A DNA stretch of 63,213 bases, counting the filler, from Octopus bimaculoides (Eukaryota): NCBI RefSeq assembly GCF_001194135.2. It is 7 parts of 7 records of this genome, joined end to end, with 100 filler letters (N's around TTAATTAATTAA, not from the genome) between each part and the next. Parts side by side here need not be neighbours in the genome. Positions count along the whole stretch, not along the records: positions 11,789 to 26,758 come from NC_068990.1; 6 more parts are not named here. One strand, given 5' to 3'. Positions 12,390 to 24,808 of this stretch are shown here, in pieces; within the stretch, counting starts at the first letter, position 1, and each line of letters begins with the position of its first letter. The notes under the pieces were generated by a model, which saw nothing but the letters and a program-made list of their open reading frames with translations, was not told where the DNA came from and did no database searches. Position numbers and translations under genes: made by a program.

Positions 12390-14640
12390 CTACGTATCTG
12401 GCGTACTATAATACAGTTCGTAGGGAAGATCATCTAGTCCCAGCGACTTGTCCCCGCTGCAGTTCAACAATGCCTCCTCCACCTCCGCAGCTGTGACCTG
12501 CCCATAACAACATTCCGCTTCCCGCCCCCGTAACCACGGCAAACTGGCGGGAAAGTCTGCGAGGTCATCTTTACGCTCCAGCCCACCGCCACTCCAGAAA
12601 AGCTGGGTGAACTGCTTGGGTTCGTTCTCCTCAAGTTCGTTTACTGAACACTCATGGTACATCAAAGACCCTATTTTTGCATTATTGCCATGTTGATTGC
12701 CTCTTGTCCCATTGCACATAACTTAGCTCTGACAATGCATCCTCCGTGTTTAGCTTTGAGATGTTCATCGAGTGCCAACCTCGCATCTAAAACTCTAGAT
12801 GCAGAGCTTGACCTCATTACCTCTTCTAGAGCCTTAACTAAAACCCTTTCTATTCTAGTTCTATTACTGACTAGCTCCTTACTAAATCTGAAGGACTCAA
12901 ATTTAATGGGTCTTTTGAGAGTGTACCACCATTTGTTGTTAATGATGGTACCAGATAATACCCTCATCACTGACTGCCTAATCCGGTTCCTGTAGGCTTC
13001 AAAGGCCAAAAGTGACCGGGTCCCTGTCTACACATACTATCGAAGTTAAAACTACAGGTCACAAATTTATGATCACTGTAGTTGACAATATGATGTTGTG
13101 GACAACTAACTATGTTCTTATCTTTAATTCTAACAATAATCTTGCTTGTCTAGATAAGATTGTTATTCGCCCATGTCCACAATGGGACGTCCGGGTGATC
13201 CAGTCTGAATTGGTCTGCCAGCTGAGAACGACTTAGCAGACCGCTGAGACAAAGGTTTCCTCTCCTACCCGGGTTTGAATCAACATAATCTATGCGTGCA
13301 AGGAGAATAGACAGCTGCAAACCTGAAGGACTTACCGCTGCTGTGCTCACGTCAAGGACGACCAACCTGCCCTCCGGGTCTACAAGGACAGTTCTTACCT
13401 CTAATTCCAGATTTTTCCTGAGCAGAACTGCAACTCCTCCTCCCCCTCCAGGTTGGCATGGAGAAATAAACTCATCCTAACCATTTGGTAGGGGAGGGGG
13501 TGAAAAAACCTGCAGTCCACTCAGTCTGATTTCAGTAGTAACTACTAAATACAATCTAAGCGACCTGAGGTCATCAAGGAGGAAGCTTTGCTTTCAATTC
13601 GTCCCTAGGCTGCGTACATTTATGCAGCCTACATTGAACAAGAGCATAAAGTTGTCTTACCTTTTTCTGCCTTTTTGTTTATTGGTGACAGTAGTCCATT
13701 CATTGTTTCCTTTGGGTAGTTGTTGTATTTCATTCTCTGTTGCCGTTCTTCTAATTGGTTTCGTTGAATCCTTTGGGGCTGGTGGCTGGGTTTCAGGTGC
13801 TTTTTCATCTGGTTTTCCCATTGGTTTTGCCGTATTTTCAGTGGATTTTTACGATGCTGTTGGTTTGGTGGAGGGTATTCAGCTCTTATGTGGCCCTTTT
13901 AGCCATACTTATAGCACCTGGGCTTTCGCCTCTCCACCATTACCCTTAAATTAGTTTCATTCCCGATTATTATAGTATCGGGGATCTTGTTCAAATTGGC
14001 AGAAGCCACTTAACATTTCTAATCCCTGTCCCTGCCAATTTTGTTGGTAGAATTTGTGACCCGGAGGATCGTTATTTTGTCCTCCAAGTCCAATGTCAAT
14101 GCCGCCATAAGCCAGGCAACATCCACACCTGGTGGTATTTCTCCTACCTTCACGACTTGAGCGGGGAGGTGGAATGCTCCTTGGCTTTTTCTTCCGTGAC
14201 GAATCTCACTTCTACAGAGGCGAACTTTTCCCCCCTGGTGATGTCCTTCCATATAGGCTGCTGGAACTTTTCCATTGCCTCCTTCGAGGCCATATCGATT
14301 TAAAATTTTTTTACGATATACGTTTTAAAAAACACAGTTCTCCTCTGTGGGTCACATCTCCTGGCGGAGTAACTTTCACATTGTGCCCCTCCTTCTGGAA
14401 GAGGCCCTTATATTTATTCAGTTCATTCCTACAGTCTTCTTTAGTTATTCTTGCTGCCGTGGCCAAGTAGAAATTTCTGATTGAGTTTTCTGTTGCGTGA
14501 TTGAGTTTTGTGCTGAGTTTCGTGTTGCGTGTTTGAAGCATTTTTCCAGGATTGAATGCTTTTTTCCAATAAGGCATTAGCTAACGAATCTTCCTCCTCC
14601 GAAGAGGTCAAGTTTTCAGAACAAGTTGTCATTATTATCT
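12390..14640 (-). mobile_element. Tx1/L1-like LINE remnant (ORF1, APE endonuclease, linker; broken off at the start of RT)
   Basis: ORF1 pieces (NKYKGLFQKEGHNVKVTPPG; VKVGEIPPGVDVAWL), APE (QLADQFRLDHPDVPLWTWAN), linker (GTIINNKWWYTLK), RT start (EVEEALLNCSGDKSLGLDDLPYELY). Confidence 0.85.
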
Positions 14641-15020
14641 AAAATTTCCCCCATCCAACGAGGGGGGAAACATAACAAATCTGCTATGACGCAGATAAAA
14701 ATTTTACAACAATAACAAGAAATACAAAAGAGTACAACAATACAAATTAACAAAATATCAAGAAAATACCTTCACAGCAGAAAAAAAAAGATCTCCGACA
14801 ACTTCTAGTAGGCGGTCTCAAACTCTATTCTTTATTAAACAAAGATACAGAGGGGATGAAACAAAGACAGGCAAATAATAAGGGAGTGGGTGAGTAAAAA
14901 AAGCAAATTAAAAAAAATGAAAGATGAAAAAAGGGGGAAAATGGAGTGATAGATACGGGGGACCCTACCAAATACGTATCATCACTGAATCTTATTCAGA
15001 TTACGGTTTTGAAATCAAGA

Positions 15021-15060
<40 letters not shown>

Positions 15061-15159
15061 NNNNNNNNNNGAGAGATATAGAAAACAAAGATATAGAATT
15101 ATAGCAAAAGATAGAAGCTGAAAATGCACCGAGAATAGTTAAAATATTTTACATCAAAA

Positions 15160-15215
15160 TATTTGAAGCTTTAACCGGTTTCACAGTTAACACTGATTTT
15201 CAAAAAGTTCAAATA
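15160..15215 (-). ncRNA. minimal type I hammerhead ribozyme candidate, U3:A8 core (left arm)
   Basis: Minus strand: TATTTGAACTTT-TTGAAAA-T-CAGT gtta ACTG-T-GAA-ACCGGT-T-AAAG(C)TTCAAATA; 12-bp stem I with a 1-nt bulge and palindromic stem III. Confidence 0.65.
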
Positions 15216-15281
15216 AAAAGGTGTGGCTTGTTTCTGACTAGTGTTTGAAGTTTGCCCTGTTTTTATAGGGAACCATGAACT

Positions 15282-18100
15282 CCTATAAAAACAGGGCAAA
15301 CTCCAAACACTAGTCAGATGCAAGATAGCTGCATCATAAGCCACGCCTTTTTATTTGAACTTTTTGAAAATCAGTGTAAACTGTGAAACTGGTTAAAGCT
15401 ACAAATATTTTGATATAAAATATTTTAATTATTTTCAATGCATTTTAAGCTTCTATTTTTTCTATATTTCTACCCGTGTAGAATAAAATATCTTTGTTTT
15501 CTATATATACTCACCACACGAGGAACGAAAATGCCACAAAAATCCGACCAAAGCGAAAACACGTTGAACCTCGAGATACTAAAAGAACTGAAAGAGATCT
15601 CCAAGCTCACAGTCTTACCCAACAAAATCGACGAGATACAGGCCTACACTAAGGAAACGCGTGAAGAAAGAAGAAAAACGGAAGAAACAGCAGTTGTCCA
15701 AACCCTCAAACTATAGAAAGTGATACTCCAGAAGCTGGAACAAAATCCAAAAGCTGAACGAGAAGATAACATCAACCAGCAACGAGAAACCTCTGCAATC
15801 GAAAACACTATTAAACATATACGGAACCAAAAACTTCACAGCCCGTAAATTTGCCTTTTGGAACTTCATTAAAAATAATGGCAAAGCAGAAATATATGAA
15901 AATGGCTCATTTCAACGCCGATCATCCTCCCAATGAAACTAGAAATAAAACCTATTGCTGATGAACCCGAACAACAACAGAAACTTATAGAAAAGAGGGT
16001 TCTCAACAAATTCTGAATGAAAACCCAGCTATTATGGCTAAGAGCAAATTCCAACGAAGAAAAATTTTAAACGATTGATGCTCAAATGCAAACGGAAATT
16101 TCAAAAACATCCGAAGGCCGAGAAAACAATATTAAACTTTGGAAAGAAATATGTGAACACGAAGAATTAACATCTCTTCAATGGTGGGAGAGAAGTGCTC
16201 TTTGGTTCTCCAATTATGAATCACATTTAAAAAAATGAGTACGCTACCGAGAAAGTTAAAATCCACAACCCCCATTCGCAACTGATTAATCAAACACCTA
16301 AATATGGAAATGATAGTCACCAACTCCATAAGGACAATTCAAGACTAATTTGACAACAAAATAATCCAACCAAAACAATCGAAGTTTTCTCTGCAACTGG
16401 ACTAAACTTCCTCCAAAACCGAAGACATACACAATGGATAAAAATATCAACTTAAAAGACAATTACAAAAAGAAACAAAAGCAGTCCAGAACAACAGATG
16501 TACAAAATCAATACGAAAGACCAAAAGTTAACAGAGAAAATGTCCTCTGATATATAAATATAAATAGTAATAAAAGGGATACTTTTAAAAATCATTTTTG
16601 AGATCCAACCGACAGAGTTCTCGACACCAAATAACACAAACCGAAGATAAGTAAACTATCGAAAAAAAAAAATACTTTCTCAGTAGAAGGAATTAATGTC
16701 TTGTCAAAAAGCCTAAAATTTACTCCAACACCGCAGCACCCTAACACCAGTGAAATACAGAACGACATTCCACAGTTCTGTAGAAAACTACGCCTAACAG
16801 AGGAATTGTACAATATAGAAATCAAGGACGATTCAATTGTAAGAAAAAAGAGCAATTACAAGCCTACGAAAGGTAAGATGAATTTTGTGATTTTATTTCT
16901 AGCTTCCCTTATAAAGAACTTCCACACCCTGAGATCAAGTCCAATACAAGTGGATAGGAATGGGATATTATACATGAAATGAAAAGCAATAGCGAAATTA
17001 TAATTAAGGAAGCAGATAAAGGAAGTGCAATAGTTATTATGGATATATATATACGATTCTCCTCTTGCCATCCCAAACACATGAAGAATAATATCCCCTT
17101 CAATCTAGCAAGAAGAATCTGCACAATTGTCTCAAAATAAAGACTCCAGGAACTTAAACAAGTACTACTTAAAAGACAGTATCCATTAATGCTAATATAC
17201 AATGGAATAGAATGTGCGAAAGAAATAAATATCGAAGAACTACGAAAAATGAAAAACGCTCCAGATACATCCAATAATCTGCCCTTTATTACAATATACG
17301 ACCCAAGAAACACAGAGGTTTACAATATTATCCACCGAAACATCCTAGTACTAAAACAAGACTCAAGAATGAAAAAAGCAGTCGAAATATACAAAATAAT
17401 CAAAGTTAAAAGACAATCAAAGTCCCTCAAATTATTCCTCACAAGTGCTAAATTACCTTCCACAATTCCTACACCAACAGTCAAAAAGTGTGGCCGCCCC
17501 AACTGCGGGAGCTGCATCAACCTTACTGAAGACACAACATACAAATTCAAATCAGGACAGATTTTACCGTAAAATATCACATTATATGTTCTTCAAGGAA
17601 TTTAATATACACTATCAAATGTCAAGGATGTAATGAAGATTACATAGGTCAAACAAAGCTTACTTTAAGACATAGACTGACCATTCACCGGTAACAAATA
17701 CGGGACCCCAGTACTAGACAGATCCCACAGAGAGCCCACATAGACATATGTACAAAAAATAAGTCTCCCAAATTCCAGGTCTTCCCACTCTACCTGTGTT
17801 CAGCGAATACCATAGTTGAAGCACGGATAAACAAAGAGAATACTTTCATACAAAAGCACAAACCAAGACATAACAAACTTTAACAGAGTATATACACAAA
17901 TAACCATTCACACACAAAATTCATTCTGCCACGTATGAGGAAACTAAACAGCTAACAACCTAAATTTTAGCCACTGGACTACATACGAACGACTCCTGTC
18001 CATTCTCCTAGCAGATGAAATTTGGAGCGCCTTGATTATAACTAAACATGTTCAATTAACCGTGTCGGCCTTCCTTTTAGTCGTAAAATATACTGTCACA
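15282..18100 (+). mobile_element. Penelope-like element: decayed ORF ~15531-17883, RT core deleted, GIY-YIG present
   Basis: LSKSLKFTPTP; IKEADKGSAIVIMD joined directly to ..HPKHMKNNIPFNLARRICTIVS; LPFITIYDPRN; KKCGRPNCGSC; CSSRNLIYTIKCQGCNEDYIGQT; ARINKENTFIQKHKP. Confidence 0.9.
15352..15407 (+). ncRNA. minimal type I hammerhead ribozyme candidate, U3:A8 core (right arm, sense to the PLE ORF)
   Basis: TATTTGAACTTT-TTGAAAA-T-CAGT gtaa ACTG-T-GAA-ACTGGT-T-AAAG(C)TACAAATA; one change in the palindrome and one in stem I. Confidence 0.55.
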
Positions 18101-18289
18101 TGACACTAACGCACTGACGTAGCGGAAACGTACAAAAGGTTTTAAATTTAACCACATGTTCATTCTCTATAAACAATTGACAGAAAATGTTCAAATCATT
18201 GATTGTTTGAACTTGTTCAGTCAACTGTGTCAGCCTTAACTTACATTGCAGTGTCATGTGCGTGTGTGTTTGCGCATATATATATGCGC

Positions 18290-18450
18290 AAACCAACGCT
18301 GGTTGTCAAGCAGTGGTGATTAACTAACACAAACATATGCACACAGACACACACACAAATGATGGGCTTCTACAGGGTGCCACACAGTGGGACTGAACCT
18401 GAAGTCACGTGGTTGCCAAGTGAGTTTCTTAACCACACAGTCATAACTGT
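18290..18450 (-). mobile_element. decayed composite SINE (families A/B)
   Basis: GGTTGTCAAGCAGTGGTG..GGTGCCACACAGTGGGACTGAACC..GTGGTTG, matches the other copies. Confidence 0.75.
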
Positions 18451-18604
18451 GTTGCATTCTGTAAAATAATGAGCACCAAATGTAGTTAGAGTCAACGACA
18501 GGTTGGTTCTATTAATTAGAGAGCAAAGAGTTCCAGAAGTGGCCACACCTCCAGTAGCGAGTCAATAACCAGAATAGATGGGTGGCTGTCTAGATAACAG
18601 AAGG

Positions 18605-18713
18605 TATTTTGGTACATTAGTAATTTTTTAGAATCTATGCTTTCTCTTCTGGATTTGTTCTTTAGAATTTATTTTGACCGATGACAATATCATAAAGAAA
18701 AATATATAAATGT

Positions 18714-18744
<31 letters not shown>

Positions 18745-18784
18745 GAAAACATAGATTCTAAAAAATTACTAATGTACCAAAATA
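18605..18784. repeat. perfect 35-bp inverted repeat (18605-18639 / 18750-18784)
   Basis: TATTTTGGTACATTAGTAATTTTTTAGAATCTATG and its exact reverse complement; the spacer includes (TA)n. Confidence 0.95.
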
Positions 18785-19327
18785 TATAAAAAATAACGAA
18801 GGCAGCTTTAAGCAATATAAAACCAAACAGGATTTCTGGAGTGAGAGATGAGGGTACCCTTGATTAAAATCAATGACACTACATCGTTGGTATTGTATTT
18901 ATTGATGTCTGAAGGGATTTTCAAAAAGAGAGACAAAAGAGAGAGAGAGCTCTAATTATAGAGGAATCTCCTTGTTGAGCCTCCCTCTTCATGTCTATAA
19001 CTAGGTGTCTGGGAAAAAGATTTAGGAAGTTGCTTCTGATAGGACCGTATGGGTGAGGTACATGAGGACACTGCTCCCATGACCCTTCCAGGAATTATGG
19101 GCATAGAATATGCAGGGATGATCTCAATAGGTCGATAAAATCAAGTGTAAAGTTTACAGGTATCGTAAACCCATGGTGATGGCAGTGTTGGTGGGTTGTG
19201 AGAAATGTTTTTAACCCCAAACAACAAAGGAAAAAATGTTTCAAGGAATTTTTGGTTGAAGCGCCACCATTTCAACCACACACCTGGAATAAATAATAAT
19301 ACGAAGAAATCATTATTATAAACTTAC

Positions 19328-19470
19328 CTGTAATCTAAGTCAGGTACAATAAATATCATGCTTCCAATTTGTAAACCATCCATAATGGTTGAAGAGAAGA
19401 GGAAAGCTAGCATCAGTTTCTGATAAAGTCCACATCCTCCAATTGTCCCAATCACTTCTTCGTAGTCCAT
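19328..19470 (-). CDS. SLC22-family (organic cation/anion transporter-like, MFS) gene, first coding exon
   Basis: MDYEEVIGTIGGCGLYQKLMLAFLFSSTIMDGLQIGSMIFIVPDLDY+AG matches the SLC22 N-terminus (MDFDxIL..IG.FG.YQ..TM1..P.HRC). Kozak CACCATGG; GTAAGT donor at 19327 (phase 2); possible TAG acceptor at 19482. No downstream exons found. Confidence 0.88.
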
Positions 19471-20169
19471 GGTGAACAAACCTATCAGAACAAATGTGTC
19501 GTTTGCTTCAAGCAATTTCTAAATGTGTCTGCCTCTGTTTGCAAGAATATCTGTCTCCTTTCATACATACATACGTAATATATGTATCAGATGTGTAAGT
19601 GAGAAAGCGTGTCGGAATGCAAGTCGTGGTACGAGGGAAAGGGGGAGGAATGTGAGTGAAAGGCTAGCGTTTGGGATTGGGTGTTGTATGGGAGTGAGAG
19701 TGGGAGGGGAAGACAATGACTGTATTTGTGTGTTTGTGGTGTGTGGTATGTGTGTGTGTGTAAATATATATACAGTGTACTTAATAATAGTTGGATGCAT
19801 TTTATTTGTAATATTTTTTNNNNNNNNNNTATATATATATATATATATATATGTATCTATGTATGTGTCTATGTACATGTATCTATGTATATGTTTTTAA
19901 ATTATATTTACACAGACATGACAGAAGTAAATAGACGCCCTTGTAAACATTAAAATTCGAAATAGATTAAATGAAACTTTCAGAATATCACTTATGGAAG
20001 ATCATATATTTTTATTAGAAAAAACCACATGGTGCTGTATTTTGTGTCCTTCAGATTGCTGCCAGTTGGTGGTGATGGCCAGTTTGTATAAGTTGTAGCA
20101 TTCTGAAAGCTAAATTCCATGTATTTCAATTTTCTTCCCATTTTATCCCAGCATGAAAGGGTCGTCTTG

Positions 20170-20345
20170 CACTCTTCACCTGGGAAAGGCTTTGCATTTA
20201 TAAGCAACCAGCTTTCTTACTTTCTGGTGAGAATGTAATCAATCTTGCTTTGTGTGGTCACCAGATTAATAAGTAAACAGGTGACTGGTTGGTTTCTTGA
20301 ACTCGTTATTGTAAATCATAAAGTCCTCTGCATTGTGCACACTCA
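20170..20345 (-). mobile_element. RTE-clade LINE endonuclease fragment
   Basis: DFMIYNNEFKKPTSHLFTY*SGDHTSKIDYILTRK*ESWLLINAKPFPGEEC, the C-terminal APE motif (IDYIL..GEEC). Confidence 0.75.
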
Positions 20346-21244
20346 GAGAAATGCACAAACGAATAAATATATTCATATGCACATGTGCATATGTGCACAC
20401 GCACACACACACACACACACATACATATATACATACATAAACTATTTCTTACGCAACTCATTGACTTCATGCACCACTGGGTGTGTATCACCTGGTTTGT
20501 TACGGTTGAAATGACATTGTTCTATTCCTTTTATATGGAGTTATTCAAATGGAATATTTTAAAACGTAAAAAGGAAAAAGAGCAATAAATCACATCCGCT
20601 ACCAATACTGTACACGTTGTGTTCAAAATAGTGAAGTTATGAAGAATTCCTTAGATTCTCATTGGAACTATTGGCCACCAACTGCATTTACTTTTCATTC
20701 CTCTTCCTCCCCCATTTCCCCCTTCTCCTCGTCGTCGTCGTCCTTCCTCTTCCTCATCATCCTTTAATGTCCATGTCCTATGCTCACAGTATTCAGTCAT
20801 TTGACAGTATCCAGTGGGCTCAAGAACTTCACAACCCATGTGACCTCACATGGGTCATGTGACTTCTCCCAAATTCTCAAGAAAGGAAGAAGTGCCAGCA
20901 TTTCTTGTTACCAAAATATATTTCATTACAAATTGTAAAACACTACAAAACACAGATTCAAATGATGTGATTTCTTCCTTTCATTGTTGTTCAATAGATA
21001 TGGCTTTCAAGTATGTGTGTGTGAGTGTGTGAGTGCGTGAGTGTGTGTACACATCCTGAATTGCTTTCATATTCTGTTTGTCTGAACATTACTTTTTTGC
21101 ATTAATACAATAATCAACAAGACTTTTAGGTTTCCAGAGATTACAAGGACCAAAAATGAACTGGGAATTATTTTAAGCAAAAACGATTGTGTCAAAGAAT
21201 ATGAATGTATTAATTGAAACATTTTACCATGAAGAGAAATTCAT

Positions 21245-21430
21245 CGTCATCTCATTTTAACGTCCTTTTTTCTGTGTTGGCATGGGTTGGATGGTTCAAC
21301 ATGAACTGACAAGCCATGAGGCTGCACCAAGCTCCAGTGTCTGCTTCGGCATGGTTTGTACAGTTTCATGCCACTCTTAACACCAACTACTTTACAGAGT
21401 GTAGTGGGTGGTTCCTTCATGGCACCAATA
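21245..21430 (-). mobile_element. LINE 3' end or SINE (probably RTE-related)
   Basis: CATTTTAACGTCC..GGCATGGGTTGGATGG..GGCATGGTTT..ACCAACTACTTTACAGAGTG with a (GAT)-type tail on the minus strand; recognised by pattern only. Confidence 0.55.
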
Positions 21431-21489
21431 CTAGAGAGTAACTTGCAAGATGAGATCCCACAAGTGAGTGGGGCATTGTTTTGAGGGAT

Positions 21490-21900
21490 ATGAAAGTATG
21501 AGAGATGGGGTGGGGGTGACACCTTCACCTCGTGACCTCTCTTCAACATTTCTTTGTATTTTTTGCATTTCCTTTTCGTTGATACAGATTTTTTCTTCGT
21601 TATCACCAGCTGCAAAGTTCATTTTCTTCCTGTCTTCCATTACTTTGTCAATCCTCTCCAGACTTCTTCTCAGGTCCTCCTCTCATCGTCCATCTCAGTA
21701 TTCACAGCGTTTGCCCTTTCAACCGAGGGAAGACGCTAGCGGTATCGCCACAAGGCAGCCAAAATCGAGTGTAGAAAACCACGCAACAGAACAACGTTAC
21801 AATTACATGAAACGAGCGAGCGACTTACGCGAACTCGGAACCTTGGTATAATGGCGTCTACGACGTAAACAGAGTAAAGAGGGCTACCAAAACGCTTTCC
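21490..21900 (-). mobile_element. Tx1/L1-like LINE 5' UTR plus ORF1 start
   Basis: KKYKEMLKRGHEVKVSPPP aligns with NKYKGLFQKEGHNVKVTPPG of the 14.3-kb copy; CpG-rich upstream segment. Confidence 0.7.
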
Positions 21901-22253
21901 CCTACTACTACTACTACTACTTCTACTACCACTGAACTCTACTCGTTATAAGAGTTCGGCTAGTCCATCTTCAATCCGACAGAGGTGTCAATGACTCTCG
22001 CCAGAGGACCACGAAAGCAAAGAAAAAGAAAAAAGTGGTGATGGTGGTGTGGATTAAGCAGTGGAAGATGATGGGTGGGGAGTAATAGGTTGTACATCCC
22101 AGACCAAATGGCGTGTTTAGCCACGCCTCGTGGACATGATTGGAAAGGTATTGTCAGAGAGAATGGCCAGGGTCCTCACGGAGCACATTTCTCAGATGAG
22201 CCACAACTATCCTGGTTTTGTGGAGGAAATCATCTGTAACAAGTAGTTGCCCC

Positions 22254-22810
22254 TGTAACCTGAACGTTGGATACTGTAATAAGAGTTAAGGGTCTAATTT
22301 GGCCGTGTTACGAAAGGTAAAATGCATTTTTGATTCGAATGAATGAAAGAGCCATTCTTGAACTTCAGAGATAATTTACTAACAGTTCCGAACCAAGCGA
22401 GAATTCACCAATAACTTGCTTTGGTTCATAAATGAAGAATGAGTATATATTATCTTGCCTTGTCGCGTTCCTTCTGTAGAAGGTAAATTAAAATGTAAGA
22501 GAGAATTTCGTATGCCACTTAGGTTTACTACTCGTGTAAAAGGAAGTAGTGCATATGTTGTGCGATTTAATAACTATGAAGTATCCGGTTGCTCCTCTAA
22601 GGCATTTAGTTCCTTGGGCCACGTATATCGAAATCTATGTGCTCTCAACACAGAGATGTGTCTAGGACCAAGTCCGGTGTTTGAAAAGAAATGGAGGTTC
22701 TGCAGTTATTTAATATATAATCCAGAGACTGTTGGTTCGTCCTGACAACTAAATTACATTCTAGAACGTTCTTCGGCTCATTGGAATTAATAAAAGGGAC
22801 ATAAATCCAA
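22254..22810 (-). repeat. 3' LTR (truncated on its internal side)
   Basis: Starts TGTAACCTGAACGTTGG like 24809; similarity ends at GGGACATAAATCCAA, fused directly to integrase sequence. Confidence 0.9.
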
Positions 22811-24795
22811 GAAGAAGCAAACCGTAAAAAGCCTGGCCGAGGCCGCAATGCCTGGATGGGACAAAGAATGTAGAGGGTCGAACACGATTCGACGGTGATT
22901 GTCAGGATCGAGTGGTCTCACTGCACCTGTAGAGACGTCGCAGAGGATATTTTCATCTGTTGACGATAGAGGCAAGTATTCGAAGTGATAGTGCGAGTAT
23001 GCAGTAGAGGAGGTGTCAATTGAATGAAGGGGCGGTTGGTCGGAGGCTATCGTGACCAAATCTATTGCAGCAGGGGTTAACGAAGAAACAGAAAATCTTG
23101 ATAATTGCGCGTCCATTGGGATATTTTGAGATCCTGAGATATGACGGATGTCGTTCGTAAATAGCGATATAAAATCCAGGTGTCGAACCCCCGCCCCTCA
23201 GCGAGTACTTGTCCGACTTTGAATGAAGGGCGAACGTTAACGATTTATGATTAGTGAAGATCACTAAATCTCGCCCCACTAGAAAGTGGTAAAAATGTTT
23301 GACAGTGGGATAAGTGGCGAGGAATTCTCGTCCAAATGTACTATATCGCGTTTCAGTGAATTTTAAACGGCGTGAGAAGAACACCAACAGTTACATTTGT
23401 CCATGAACAACTTGTTGCAAAACTGCACCTACTGGGAAATCTGAAGCATTAACTGCTAATGCAAACTTTGCTCCTGGAATAGAATAGGTAAGATGAGAGA
23501 GTTGGGCAAGCTCTGAGTTCACTGTATCAAAAACGCGTAACTCTGCTGGAGGAAAGGAAACAACTGTGTCGTTCGTCTTTCTATCCTTGAGCAGATTGGT
23601 CAAAGGTAATAGTTTCTCCGCACAGTTTGGAATAAATCAGCGATAAAAGATAATCAGTCCTAGGAAATGGTGGAGCTGTCGCAATGAAGTTGGAGGTGGG
23701 AGCTGCTGGGTTGCTTCTACTTTCGCAGGAAGTGGACGGATGCCATCACAATCTATGACGTGTCTCAAAAATTCCGAAATATTGGAGCCAAACCCGCATT
23801 TTGCTGGGTTAACTTTGATGTTGTAGGACTGCAGACGCTGAGTTGAGTCAGATGTTGACGAAGAAGTTCATCAGTAGCACTGGCGATGAGGAGGTCGTCC
23901 ACATACGCGTAAATGAAATCCATACCACGAACGACTTCATCCATGAACCGCTGAAATGTGCTTGCAGCATTGCATAATCCAAACGGTATGGACAAAAACT
24001 CGAAATAACCAAGTGGAGTAGTCTTAGCTGTTTTGGGGATATCTTCCGCGTTCACTGGGATTTGGTGGTATGCGCGTACCAGGTCTATCTTGGAAAAAAA
24101 CGTTGCACTCATGTAGAGTAGACGAAAAATCTTGTAGGTGACGGCGGCGTTGAGACGTCTATAATCTCACACCAGGTGGGAGTCCGCATCAGCCTTACGA
24201 GCTATGTGCTAAGGAGACGCCCATGGACTCGTAGATGGCCGAATAAGTCCGAGCTGGAGCATGTGTTCGAATTCAACTCGAGCTGCTTTGATTTTTTCCG
24301 GTGCCAACCAACGCGGACGGGAAAGAACAGGAGGTCCCAGGGTCTACTGTATTAGCTGTCCTGTGGTGAGTAGGAACATGGTTGAAAATATCGTCTGGCC
24401 TGGTTCTTGAAACGCCGATGATACCGACAATGTGAGGTGTTCGGAGAGATTGTACGACTACAAGGAGAGGAAGAACCATTCCGAGAACATTGTTCGGCAG
24501 AGGAACGAACATTACATATGGAGGAAACTTGGTGTGCCAAGTACTTAATGGCCTTGAGGGTTGCCGTATGACCTGAAAGGTCGGCAGTAGAAGAACTTAT
24601 GATTGCCATGTTAGAAGAAGATAGAAAATATCACGTAATCCAGACATTAAGATTTCTCTAGAATCCAAAAATTTCGGTGAAAATTCCTCGTATAGAAAAA
24701 TGTGCAGGGTCACCATGAGAAGTTGTTAACACGTGTAAAACGATGAAGAAAACGTGTTCAAAGTTGAAAAATGAGAAGGAATGTATATTCTGAGT

Positions 24796-24807
24796 CCGGG
24801 TTCACCA
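24796..24807 (-). promoter_or_regulatory. primer-binding site of the Gypsy element
   Basis: TGGTGAACCCGG one base inside the 5' LTR; the TGG start is complementary to a tRNA CCA end. Confidence 0.8.
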
Positions 24808-24808
24808 C

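Larger units (their letters stand above)
15071..15512. repeat. long imperfect inverted repeat: arms 15071-15269 and 15282-15512, 12-nt loop
   Basis: TTTGCCCTGTTTTTATAGG-gaaccatgaact-CCTATAAAAACAGGGCAAA at the centre; complementarity continues to GATATAGAAAACAAAGATA/TATCTTTGTTTTCTATAT. The right arm carries a small extra GATGC..GCATC hairpin. Confidence 0.95.

Noticed and set aside
18114-18132. CTGACGT..GAAACGTA at the PLE 3' end as a hammerhead
   Set aside because: A9 missing, no stem II, no stem I pairing; at most a relic.
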